Part shown: piece by piece, positions 1-8,045 of the stretch | Numbering within the stretch: the first letter of the stretch is position 1 | How the letters are laid out: every line of letters starts with the position of its first letter | Notes under the pieces: model-generated | What the model was told of the DNA's origin: nothing | Databases searched by the model: none | Seen by the model: the letters and a program-made list of their open reading frames with translations, nothing else | Translations under genes and position numbers: made by a program | Source of the DNA: Deltaproteobacteria bacterium | Lineage (GTDB): Bacteria > Desulfobacterota > Desulfobaccia > Desulfobaccales > Desulfobaccaceae | Reading direction: 5' to 3' | Assembly (NCBI GenBank): GCA_016874895.1 | Contig: VGSX01000001.1 | Coordinates: 1-37,736, forward strand | DNA length: 37,736 nucleotides

Positions 1-11
1 AAAATCTAGCC

Positions 12-39
12 GTCGGGGCGGTGCGCGAACCGCCCCGAC
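12..39. repeat. REP-like palindrome GTCGGGGCGGT-gcgcga-ACCGCCCCGAC
   Basis: Perfect 11-bp inverted repeat with a 6-nt loop. Resembles GTAG-family REPs (GTAGGGGCGG...CCGCCCCTAC). Lies downstream of hemW and may also act as a terminator. Confidence 0.6.
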
Positions 40-105
40 AGATGAAGATTTTTTTCAAATAATTACTCCCCGAGCCGAAAGCTGGCAGCTATAAGCCTCT
101 TTATC

Positions 106-1326
106 TCATTCACTTAGCATAAGGGACAGGCTGTCGGCAACTAAAAAACCCTGCCGGGTGGGCCGGGCCCGGCCCTGCTCCACCACCAGCAGCCCGGCCT
201 GGCAGTATTGGGCCAAGGTTCGAACCGCCTGAGGGAAAGGCTTTAGGGCTTGCAAGGATACTCCCTGGCGCGTCCTGAAACCCAGGCACAAAATTTCCAG
301 GCGGAGTTGCTCCTGGGTGAGGACCTCACGTCCGGCCACCGGCATCCCACCCTGGGCCAGGGCCTCGCAGTATTCCTTAACCCCGGCAAGGTTCCAGCGC
401 CGCTCCCGGCCATTAAAAGAGTGGGCCGCGGGACCCAGACCGAGATAGGGAGTATGGCGCCAATATTTGCTGTTGTGTCGCGCCGCGTAAGCCTCGCCTC
501 GGGCGAAGTTGGAGATTTCATAGTGGATATATCCATGGGATTCCAAGTATTCCGAGGTGTGGAGGAAAAGGGCCCGTTGCCGGTCTTCATCGACCGGTTT
601 CATCTTGTTACAGGCAGAAAGCTTAGCCAGGGGCGTCCCGGCCTCGATGCTCAGTTGATAACAGGACAGGTGCTCGGGCTGAAAAGCAAGGATTTCATCC
701 AGGGTGGCCAGCCATCCGGCCTCAGTCTGCCCCGGCAGGGCATACATGAGGTCTATTCCCAGGTTGTCATATCCGGCCTTACGGGCTGTTGCCAGAGCCT
801 CTCGGGCCTGCCCGGCGCTATGCCGCCGCCCCAGGAAGCGCAACTCTGCTTCACTGAGGGTCTGAACCCCCAGGCTGAGGCGGTTGACTCCCAACGCCCG
901 CCAGAGGAGGAGCTTTTCCGGGGTCACATCATCGGGGTTGGCCTCCAGGGTGACTTCCGCGGCCCCGGTGAAACGAAAATGACGCTGGATGAGGTCAAAA
1001 ATTGCGGTCAGCTCTCTATCAGGAAGCAGGCTGGGGGTGCCGCCGCCGAGATAAAGGGTGTCGAAGGGGTGCGGTGGCCAAAGACTTCCCTGATCCCTGA
1101 CCCCTGGCCCCTGACCACTTTTTTTCAACGCCTTTTCCCCGTCCCGCAAGAGAGATATTTCCTCTGCCAGCGCCTCTAGCCAGGGGGAGATCAGGGTTGT
1201 GTCGGTGGTGGAATAGAACCCGCAGTAGGGGCATTTGGTCCGGCAGAAGGGGACGTGGAGATAGAGGCCGGGGGGATCCGCCGAACTTTGGGGCATTTCA
1301 TCGTTGGGAGGCACCGTCGCCCTCAA
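106..1326 (-). CDS. hemW: Radical SAM heme chaperone HemW (HemN-like)
   Basis: YLHVPFCRTKCPYCGF (CxxxCxxC), GGGTPS, EANP, YEISNFA and the HemW-typical HNxxYW (HNSKYW). The TTG start overlaps the upstream TGA; alternative ATG at 1296. Confidence 0.85.
   Translation of the reverse strand: MRATVPPNDEMPQSSADPPGLYLHVPFCRTKCPYCGFYSTTDTTLISPWLEALAEEISLLRDGEKALKKSGQGPGVRDQGSLWPPHPFDTLYLGGGTPSLLPDRELTAIFDLIQRHFRFTGAAEVTLEANPDDVTPEKLLLWRALGVNRLSLGVQTLSEAELRFLGRRHSAGQAREALATARKAGYDNLGIDLMYALPGQTEAGWLATLDEILAFQPEHLSCYQLSIEAGTPLAKLSACNKMKPVDEDRQRALFLHTSEYLESHGYIHYEISNFARGEAYAARHNSKYWRHTPYLGLGPAAHSFNGRERRWNLAGVKEYCEALAQGGMPVAGREVLTQEQLRLEILCLGFRTRQGVSLQALKPFPQAVRTLAQYCQAGLLVVEQGRARPTRQGFLVADSLSLMLSE
1088..1118 (-). 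repeat. Heptamer tandem array (TGGTCAG GGGCCAG GGGTCAG GGATCAG) inside hemW
   Basis: The plus strand reads CCCTGAT CCCTGAC CCCTGGC CCCTGAC CAC. A related array is intergenic at 30571-30591. Confidence 0.7.
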
Positions 1327-2756
1327 TCGCCGTTGGTCTTCACCGAGGTTTCCACCCGGAGACGGTATCTGTCGATTTTGGCCTGGAGGGTGGGACGGGA
1401 AAGGCCCAGGAGTTTAGCGGCCTGGGTGCGGTTGCCGCCGGTGAGGTCCAGGGCTTCGCTGACCACCACCGCAGCGAAACGGTCCATAAAAGAATCGAAG
1501 GCATTTTCATCCGAGGCGGTCAGCAGACCCTGCCGCACCCACTGGTGCAGGCATTCCATGGCGTCCTTGTCGGACATGCTTCTGGCGTCGTCGCCGCCGA
1601 TGACCTGGGAGACGTCCTCGGGGCGGATGAGGTAGCCCCGGCTGAAAATAAGGGCCTTTTGAATGGTATTGGCCAGTTCCCGGATGTTGCCGGGCCAATG
1701 GTAGTTCTCCAGGATTTTTTTGGCTTCCGGGGTCATCCCAGGGTTGGTCAGCCCCATTTCCCTGGAAAAACGGGCCAAAAAATAATCGGCCAAGGCGGGG
1801 ATGTCCCCGGTGCGCTCTGCCAGGGTAGGCAGCCAGATGGTGACCACCTTGAGGCGGTAATATAGATCCTCCCGGAAGCGGCCTTCTTCCAGGGCCTTTT
1901 CCAGGTCCCGATTGGTGGCCGCAACGATCCGGACATCCACGGGGATGGGGTCCCGGCCCCCCAGCCGTTCGATACTCTTTTCCTGCAACAGCCGCAGTAT
2001 CTTGGCCTGGATGCTGAAGGGCATGTCCCCGATTTCGTCCAGGAATACCGTACCCCCGTGGGCCTGTTCGATCTTTCCCACCCGGCGGTTGATGGCGCCG
2101 GTGAAGGCCCCCTTTTCAAAACCGAACAGTTCGCTTTCCAGCAGGGTCTCGGGAATGGCCACGCAATTAATTACCAGGAAGGGCTTATGGGACCGGAGGC
2201 TGTGTTGGTACAGGGCCCGGGCCACCAGTTCCTTGCCGGTGCCGGATTCGCCTCGCAGGAGCACGGTGGCGTCGGTGGGGGCCACCCGGCCGATGGCTTT
2301 ATAGACTTCCTGCATGGGGCGGCTGCAACCGATGAGGGCTTCTCCCTGGACGGTTTCCGGGGGCTGGTTCATCTCCACCTTGGACCGCATGATCCGTCCG
2401 GCCTCCAGGGCCTGATTGATGATGGCCAGGATGTGGGGGATCTCGAAGGGTTTCAGGATGTAATCATAGGCGCCTAATTTAGTGGCTTCAATGGCGGTTT
2501 CGGTGGTGCCGAAGGCGGTCATGATGACGACCGGCAGTTTCGGTTCCAGGGCATGCATGGCCGTAAAGGCCTCCAGGCCGCTCATGCCCGGCATCCGGAT
2601 GTCCATGATGACTAACTCCGGGGGGGTCTGGCGAACCTGGTCCAGGGCCGCTTCGCCATGGGAGGCGGTTAACACGCTGTGCCCTTCTTCCTGCAGCAGT
2701 TTGGCAAAACTCTGCCGCAACTGGGGATCGTCATCGACTATTAATATTGTTCCCAT
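1323..2756 (-). CDS. Sigma54-dependent response regulator (NtrC/AtoC family: REC-AAA+-Fis HTH)
   Basis: REC domain (ILIVDDD, VIMDIRMPG, MTAFG, KP), Walker A GESGTGKE, GAFTGA, FLDEIG, FREDLYYRL, WPGNIREL and C-terminal HTH GGNRTQAAKLLGLSRPTL. Confidence 0.95.
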   Translation of the reverse strand: MGTILIVDDDPQLRQSFAKLLQEEGHSVLTASHGEAALDQVRQTPPELVIMDIRMPGMSGLEAFTAMHALEPKLPVVIMTAFGTTETAIEATKLGAYDYILKPFEIPHILAIINQALEAGRIMRSKVEMNQPPETVQGEALIGCSRPMQEVYKAIGRVAPTDATVLLRGESGTGKELVARALYQHSLRSHKPFLVINCVAIPETLLESELFGFEKGAFTGAINRRVGKIEQAHGGTVFLDEIGDMPFSIQAKILRLLQEKSIERLGGRDPIPVDVRIVAATNRDLEKALEEGRFREDLYYRLKVVTIWLPTLAERTGDIPALADYFLARFSREMGLTNPGMTPEAKKILENYHWPGNIRELANTIQKALIFSRGYLIRPEDVSQVIGGDDARSMSDKDAMECLHQWVRQGLLTASDENAFDSFMDRFAAVVVSEALDLTGGNRTQAAKLLGLSRPTLQAKIDRYRLRVETSVKTNGD

Positions 2757-4227
2757 TTTTAATTTTTCTCAGTGGCAGGGTAATGATGAAAGCCGCGCCC
2801 TGGCCGGGTCTAGAATCCACTTCAATGTCGCCCCCGTGTTCCTCAATAATGCGGGCGGCGATACTCAGGCCCAAGCCGGTGCCTTCCTCTTTGCCGGAAA
2901 AAAAAGGCTGGAATATTTTACCGTGCATGGAGGCGAGAATGCCGGGGCCGGTGTCCTGGATCCGGATCCGGATGGCCCGGCCGAGGCCCGCGATAAAATC
3001 TTCTTCTTCGGTTAGAGAGATATTCCCCCCCTTGGGCATGGCTTCACAGGCGTTTACCATGAGATTAACCAGGACTTCCTTGAATTGATCCGGGTCAGCC
3101 CAGACTATCGGCAGGGGCTCCTTGCGGTTCACCGTCACGGTGACACTAAAGGATTCCAGGCGGGGCAGGAGCAGGGCGATGGCCTGATCCACCACGGCGG
3201 AGGGACTCACCGGCTGGATGGTGAGCTTGGGGGGCCGGGAATACTCCAGAAAATTCCTCACAATGGCGTCGATGTGGCGGATTTCTGCGGAAATAACGTC
3301 CAGATCATCCTGCTGGGCCGGAGGCAGGGCCAGGTGGCGGCGCAGGGAAAACAGCCGCATTTTAACGGAGGTCAAGGGGTTGCGGATGCTGTGGGCCACC
3401 CCTGCGGCCAGCTTGCCGGCCAGGGCCAGTTTTTCCGATTGGGCCAGAGACACCTGGCTGCGTTGGAGCTGGGAGTGCGCCAGGTCAACGTCCTCCCGGA
3501 GGTGGTGGACCGTTTGGCTGAGGGCCTGCACTTCATCGATGGAAGAGCCGGTATTGTCTGAATAAACCGCGTGTTCCCGGAGCAGGGCGCGGATGGGGGT
3601 CAGTATCTGCCGGAACAGGACATAACCCAGAAACAGGCCCAAAAAGACCACCCCCGGCATAATGATCAGGGCGGTATTGGTGATGAACCTGGCCTTGTAG
3701 CGGCTTTCATCCCTGGCCTCGGCAATGCGGCGTTCGTGGATGAGCTTGTAGCGCTCGCAGAGATTATAGAGTTCCTGAAACTGTTTCCGGACCTGCCAGT
3801 GCAGTTCGGCCCCCTGCTCCCGCCGGCCCTGCTGATACAACCGGATGACCTCCTGCCGGGCTTTGACATAGGAGGTGTAGGCTTCCTCGATCTGGTCCAG
3901 GAGATCCAGCATGTTGGGGGCATAGGCCGAGGCTTTGGCCCGGTCCAGCCAGAAGAGAAAGGTCAGATGGTAATCCTGCAGTCTGGCCAGCCAATCGGTA
4001 TTCTGATCCAGGAAAAAATAAGTGGCATAGCCTTTCTGCCGCAACAGGGCGGTTTCCAATTCCTCGGAAGCCTGGAAAGAAGCCACATTCTGGTCGATGA
4101 GGTCCGTAAGCAGGGAATCGATGGCGTCGGTGTGCCAGACCGTCACCAACCCCCCGGCCAGGGCCGTCAGGGTTAAGGCGGCCACAAGAATGAGCAGCCG
4201 GGTTTGCAGGGTCAGGCGTTTCCACAT
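2731..4227 (-). CDS. Membrane sensor histidine kinase (2 TM, periplasmic helical sensor, HisKA, HATPase_c)
   Basis: Two hydrophobic helices, H-box VAHSIRNPLTS, N-box NLMVNACEA, G1 DTGPGI and G2 GTGLGLSI. Overlaps the regulator gene by 26 nt. Confidence 0.93.
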   Translation of the reverse strand: MWKRLTLQTRLLILVAALTLTALAGGLVTVWHTDAIDSLLTDLIDQNVASFQASEELETALLRQKGYATYFFLDQNTDWLARLQDYHLTFLFWLDRAKASAYAPNMLDLLDQIEEAYTSYVKARQEVIRLYQQGRREQGAELHWQVRKQFQELYNLCERYKLIHERRIAEARDESRYKARFITNTALIIMPGVVFLGLFLGYVLFRQILTPIRALLREHAVYSDNTGSSIDEVQALSQTVHHLREDVDLAHSQLQRSQVSLAQSEKLALAGKLAAGVAHSIRNPLTSVKMRLFSLRRHLALPPAQQDDLDVISAEIRHIDAIVRNFLEYSRPPKLTIQPVSPSAVVDQAIALLLPRLESFSVTVTVNRKEPLPIVWADPDQFKEVLVNLMVNACEAMPKGGNISLTEEEDFIAGLGRAIRIRIQDTGPGILASMHGKIFQPFFSGKEEGTGLGLSIAARIIEEHGGDIEVDSRPGQGAAFIITLPLRKIKNGNNINSR

Positions 4228-4250
4228 TGTACTTTATGCACCGTTATCCG

Positions 4251-4307
4251 GTGGCACAGACCTCCAGGTCTGTGCCTCTGAGAAGCCGATCTGGAGATCG
4301 GCGCTAC
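4251..4307. repeat. Inverted REP doublet (GTGGCACAGACCTCCAGGTCTGTGCC ... GCCGATCTGGAGATCGGCGCTAC)
   Basis: Two hairpins with GTGG/GTAG feet facing each other across an 8-nt spacer. A diverged inverted copy lies at 23620-23677. Confidence 0.75.
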
Positions 4308-4337
4308 TGGTTATTGGGAACCCAATTTTTTTCTCCT

Positions 4338-4362
4338 GGTTCCCAAGTTGCACTTGGGAACC
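4338..4362. repeat. Palindrome GGTTCCCAAGT-tgc-ACTTGGGAACC (REP-like)
   Basis: Perfect 11-bp stem. A partial arm TTGGGAACCC lies just upstream, and GCCAAGCT occurs twice downstream. Confidence 0.6.
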
Positions 4363-4479
4363 CCATATCCCGCCAAGCTGTGCCCGGCCACCTTCATAAT
4401 TAAACGTGTGGGTAATGCCAAGCTTTACACAAGGGGGGAAATAAGGCTACTTACATAGTCGCAGGAGGCAGGGCATTTT

Positions 4480-4517
4480 AAGTCCCCCTTTTTTAAAGGG
4501 GGATTTAGGGGGATTTT
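4480..4517. repeat. AAGTCCCCCTTT..AAAGGGGGATTTAGGGGGATTTT element (right arm)
   Basis: 36/38 identical to 8200-8237. A decayed left arm CTTTACACAAGGGGGGAA lies at 4423-4440. Confidence 0.85.
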
Positions 4518-4576
4518 TATGAGAATCAGCCTCCTGCCCCGGTAAAACTTCCTCCCTCCCAGACCCCTGCCGCAGG

Positions 4577-5359
4577 TTAATAAGTCCGCACCATATACCC
4601 GGCCTGCACCGTTATGGCCCGGTCCACCAGGGCCACGCTGTGGTCGGGGAAGGCCTCCAGCACCTCTATCTGTCCCACCGGTATGCCCTGACCATCCTGA
4701 AGGGTTAGATACATACCCGGCCTGAGGCCGTGCCTGGTTCCCAGGCCGAAGGAGATTTCCGTGCCATTGTCGACCCGGCGGGTGCGATAGATCTCGGCCA
4801 GGCCGCTCCGGGCCAGCATGGCATCCACGCGCCCCGAGAGATAAAACATTACCAGCAGGGTCAGAAGCAGGGCCGGTATAACGCTCACCAGGACCCACCA
4901 GTGGGAAATACCGAAGTAGCGGAAATAGTAAGAGGTCGAACTCTGCTGCCAGGCCGCGGCGTCGGGGTAGACAGTGATGCTGTATATCACCGGGGGGTGT
5001 TCGATCTCCGGGTCAAGGGGGGTCACGGTCAGGGAATACTTGCCGGGCTTGGCCTCGGGATCTATCTGGAGCTGGCCCCGCCAGCGGTTGCCCCCCAGCC
5101 AGTGGCCGGTAAAGGTCTTGTCGAAGACGATCTTGACGTCCGGGGAATCACATTTGTAAACTATGTCCTTGATTTCGGTTTTTTCCGGCAGGGGGCCGTC
5201 CACGGGCAGCTCCTGGCCTGGCAGGACGTGCAGATCGTTGAAATGAGTGAGATGGCGGGTGATGGCCACGTCGAGGATGGCCGTCGCCAGAATGACGCCC
5301 AGCACCAGGCCGATCTTGCCCACCAGCCGCCGGCCGCGCTCCGTTGGGGAGAGAGTCAT
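4577..5359 (-). CDS. Hypothetical two-TM membrane protein with a periplasmic beta-rich domain and a cytoplasmic C-terminal domain
   Basis: 260 aa with SD GGAG before the ATG. TM segments IGLVLGVILATAILDVAIT and WWVLVSVIPALLLTLLVMFYL. The C-terminus (GLGTRHGLRPG...VGQIEV...S.A...V.AG..V) resembles a FlgT C-terminal-like barrel (inference). Confidence 0.75.
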   Translation of the reverse strand: MTLSPTERGRRLVGKIGLVLGVILATAILDVAITRHLTHFNDLHVLPGQELPVDGPLPEKTEIKDIVYKCDSPDVKIVFDKTFTGHWLGGNRWRGQLQIDPEAKPGKYSLTVTPLDPEIEHPPVIYSITVYPDAAAWQQSSTSYYFRYFGISHWWVLVSVIPALLLTLLVMFYLSGRVDAMLARSGLAEIYRTRRVDNGTEISFGLGTRHGLRPGMYLTLQDGQGIPVGQIEVLEAFPDHSVALVDRAITVQAGYMVRTY

Positions 5360-5413
5360 GGGTGTCTCCGAAGGAAAGGAGTCGGGATGGCAACCCCCAG
5401 GATTGCCAAAAAT

Positions 5414-5422
5414 ATTATATCA
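5414..5422 (-). promoter_or_regulatory. Extended -10 promoter TGATATAAT
   Basis: The reverse complement of ATTATATCA is an exact TGnTATAAT, about 55 nt upstream of the start at 5359. Confidence 0.55.
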
Positions 5423-5423
5423 C

Positions 5424-5480
5424 AAAAAAACGGATCGCCCCAGGTCCTGTTTGAGGGAGAGGCGGACCTGAGGCGACCCG
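5424..5480 (-). terminator. Rho-independent terminator after the lipoprotein gene
   Basis: Minus strand CGGGTCGCCTCAGGTCC-N16-GGACCTGGGGCGATCCG forms a 17-bp stem with 2 G-U pairs, followed by T7. Confidence 0.75.
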
Positions 5481-5505
5481 GGTGTAACCGCTGAGTTTGT
5501 TTTAC

Positions 5506-6099
5506 TTATTTCTTGAAGATATCGGTCCGGGTGATGTTCATGAACCGCTGGGCTTCCCCTTCCTTGTGATAATAGACCCGCACCTCGTCTCCGGCTTCCC
5601 AGGTTTCGTCCGGCAGGGCGAAGTATTCGTCCGGCACCGTGAAGGTCAGGAGCACGCGCTGGCGACCGGAGTAGACGGTGATGGTCTTTTTGTCCCGGTC
5701 CACGATGGGAAATTCCTTACCCCGAACCAATGGACTGGTCCGGCCGACATTGTCCTGCTGATCTATGACAGTGTAGGGTACGTCTTTAAACCCCTGAGTC
5801 TCGTGGTCAAACAGGGTGATGACCTTCTTGTTGAGATCGAGTTTTATCCGCTGGCCGGCTTTGGGCCAGGCCCCGATTTCGTGGCGGTCGGTGGGCATCT
5901 TATAGACATGGGGGGGCAGGGTGTTATAATCCGGGTTGCCCGGTTCGGCCCGCTTATCCTGGATGATGGTGACCGTGTCCTTATCCCGGTCATAAGCCAC
6001 CACCCGGCCCTGGTCCACCTGCCCCAACTCGCAGCCCATCAGGAGCGGGGTGATGAACACCATGAGTAATCCGATTAACCAGAAACGATAATGCTTCAT
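5506..6099 (-). CDS. Lipoprotein, DUF4881-like
   Basis: 197 aa with SD AAGGAG, a signal peptide and lipobox LMGC. The N-terminal GQVDQGRVVAYD, the size and the context match the Desulfovibrio-type DUF4881 family as recalled. Confidence 0.75.
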   Translation of the reverse strand: MKHYRFWLIGLLMVFITPLLMGCELGQVDQGRVVAYDRDKDTVTIIQDKRAEPGNPDYNTLPPHVYKMPTDRHEIGAWPKAGQRIKLDLNKKVITLFDHETQGFKDVPYTVIDQQDNVGRTSPLVRGKEFPIVDRDKKTITVYSGRQRVLLTFTVPDEYFALPDETWEAGDEVRVYYHKEGEAQRFMNITRTDIFKK

Positions 6100-6141
6100 A
6101 GAGACATCTCCTTATTTCTACAGGAAACTTTTAGGTTCGAG

Positions 6142-7200
6142 TTAGGACATTCCTCTCTTTTTGGCGGCCACTTCCTGCTTGGCCCCCTGCACCATCTTGA
6201 CGAAGATATAGAGGGACATGGTGGCCACCAGACCGAGGATGAGGGTCGTGGCCATATTGTCGAACGTCGTAGCCAAGGGTGGCCACCACTTTGCCATGAG
6301 CTTCAGGAGAACGGAGATGGCGCAGCCGATGACCGCCAGGCCGAAGGCGATGCGGATGCCGTAGCCCTTGATGTACTTGGTGGCCACGGTGCCCACCTGG
6401 GCCCCCATGGCGGCGCCGACGAGCATGATGATGGCGGCCACCAGTTCGGTGCGGCCTTTATAGGTGTAGCTGGCGGTGCCGTACAGACCGGAGATCATGA
6501 CCTCGAACAGGTCGGTGCCCACGGCCACGTGGGTGGGGCAGCCGATGAAGTAGATGAGGGCCGGCATACGGATCAGGCCGCCGCCGATACCCAGGATGCC
6601 GGCCAGCCAGCCGGTGAGGAAGCTGATGATGATGGGTAGCCAGGCGGAGCAGGTAATCTGGGCCATCTTGAAATGCATCATGGGCGGGATCTTGATCTTA
6701 TGAAAGGTCTTGTGCCATTCGATGCCGGTGGCCAGCTTGTCCACTTCCTCGCCTCTGGCCGCGGCTTCCCTTTCCTTGCGCCTCTTTTTGGCCACGTCGG
6801 CAAAGACCATCCAGGCGATGAGGCCCAAGAGGACGAGATACATCCACCGGACCACGACTTCCACATGGCCGATACGCTCCAGCCACATGATCATCTGGGC
6901 CCCCACCTCGAAACCGCCGACGGTGCCGACAATCATGATGACGCCGAGTTTATAATCCACATTCCCGAACTTGCCGTGGCGCATGGTGGAGATGAGGGAT
7001 TTGCCGGCCATGTGGGCGATGTCCGTGCCGATGGCGAAGGCCATGGGAAATCCCAGGATATTCAGACCGGGGGTGACCATCCAGGCGCCGCCCATGCCGA
7101 AAAAGCCACCGATGATGCCGACGCCGACGCCGAGTATGACAAGACCGGGCCAGAAGATGGTGACACCGGAGATAGGCATAAGAACATATAACCAATCCAT
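6142..7200 (-). CDS. TauE/SafE (TSUP/DUF81) family membrane transporter
   Basis: Duplicated motifs GFFGMGGAW.....AIGTD and GILGIGGGLIRMP.....AVGTD, about 9-10 hydrophobic helices, SD AGGAGG. Confidence 0.88.
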   Translation of the reverse strand: MDWLYVLMPISGVTIFWPGLVILGVGVGIIGGFFGMGGAWMVTPGLNILGFPMAFAIGTDIAHMAGKSLISTMRHGKFGNVDYKLGVIMIVGTVGGFEVGAQMIMWLERIGHVEVVVRWMYLVLLGLIAWMVFADVAKKRRKEREAAARGEEVDKLATGIEWHKTFHKIKIPPMMHFKMAQITCSAWLPIIISFLTGWLAGILGIGGGLIRMPALIYFIGCPTHVAVGTDLFEVMISGLYGTASYTYKGRTELVAAIIMLVGAAMGAQVGTVATKYIKGYGIRIAFGLAVIGCAISVLLKLMAKWWPPLATTFDNMATTLILGLVATMSLYIFVKMVQGAKQEVAAKKRGMS

Positions 7201-7239
7201 CTATAAATCCTCCTGACAAACAGTAGTAAGCTCGTTCTC

Positions 7240-7536
7240 TTAGTGCTCGGCCAGATCCCGGGATTTCAGGTCGATGCCGATATGGGACATGACGAGGTCG
7301 GCCAGCACCCCGAAGATCAGGCCGATAACCGGGATGAGGACGACGGTGAGGGCGGTGAACCAAAAGTGGCTTTCGTTATACAGATCGGCCCAGTATTTCA
7401 TGATGCCGGACAATTTGCGGGTATCGGCCACGAGGACCAGGGGGGCGGCTTTTTCGCCCGCGGCCAGGGCCAGTTGGGGCAGGGCCACGGTCATAAAAAA
7501 ACCCAGGCCACAGATTTTACTCCATAATTTCCTCAT
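7240..7536 (-). CDS. Small membrane protein, DVU0150-like
   Basis: SD AGGAGG lies 9 nt before ATG 7536, so the ORF-track start at 7599 is probably too far upstream. Signal-like N-terminus (ALAA), LVLVADTR motif, one TM helix and C-terminal MSHIGIDL. Confidence 0.75.
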   Translation of the reverse strand: MRKLWSKICGLGFFMTVALPQLALAAGEKAAPLVLVADTRKLSGIMKYWADLYNESHFWFTALTVVLIPVIGLIFGVLADLVMSHIGIDLKSRDLAEH

Positions 7537-7588
7537 GATGCTAAACCTCCTAAGATACTTCGGCGTCAGCAGAGCGCCTTTACTTGAA

Positions 7589-7999
7589 TTAACGGACAAT
7601 GGTCACTTCACAGGGGGCGTTGGTCACCACCTTGGAGGCGGTGCTGCCGATGAGGGCCAGGGTTAACCCGGATTTCCCCGTGCTGCCCATGATGACCCGG
7701 TCAAACTTGCCTTCGGTGGCCCGGCGGATGATATTGTTGGCCGGCACCAGGCCGAGCTCCAGGACCGTTTCGGCGTGGATGTTTTTGGCGTCAAACATCG
7801 CCTTGGCCTGATTCAAAGCGGCCCGGGCATCTTTTTCAAGTTTCTCCTGGATATCGTAAAAAGTCGCATCAAACTGGTCCCCGGCAAAATAAGCCACGGA
7901 CATAATCGTGACCTCGGCCCCCTGCTCGGCCAGTTCCAGGGCTCGCTGCACTGCCTTGATGGACGGCTCGGAGCCGTCGGTTGCTACCAAAACTTTCAT
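7589..7999 (-). CDS. Universal stress protein (UspA family)
   Basis: KVLVATDGSE..., MGSTGKSGLTLALIGSTASKVVTNAPCEVTIVR (ATP-binding G-x2-G-x9-GS motif), SD AAGGAGGT. Confidence 0.92.
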   Translation of the reverse strand: MKVLVATDGSEPSIKAVQRALELAEQGAEVTIMSVAYFAGDQFDATFYDIQEKLEKDARAALNQAKAMFDAKNIHAETVLELGLVPANNIIRRATEGKFDRVIMGSTGKSGLTLALIGSTASKVVTNAPCEVTIVR

Positions 8000-8045
8000 G
8001 CCTACCTCCTTACCTCTTGAATATTCGCTATCTGGAAAAGTTGTC

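Noticed and set aside
250-1179. Long antisense ORFs (e.g. 250-1179, 4730-5494, 9770-10519, 10772-11584, 24475-25182)
   Set aside because: They are shadow frames of well-supported genes, as expected in GC-rich DNA, and have no recognisable motifs.
106-1326. Calling this gene hemN (coproporphyrinogen dehydrogenase)
   Set aside because: It lacks the HemN N-terminal PRYTSYP segment and has the HNxxYW motif typical of HemW.
4251-4540. Possible CRISPR array in the repeat-rich spacers (also 8046-8330 and 30570-30830)
   Set aside because: There are no regularly spaced identical direct repeats with unique spacers and no cas genes; the repeats are palindromic and heterogeneous.
4425-4898. 157-aa ORF ending in KIPLNPPLKKGD
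   Set aside because: It is an off-frame overlap with the 260-aa gene, and its tail is simply a translation of the AAAATCCCCC repeat.
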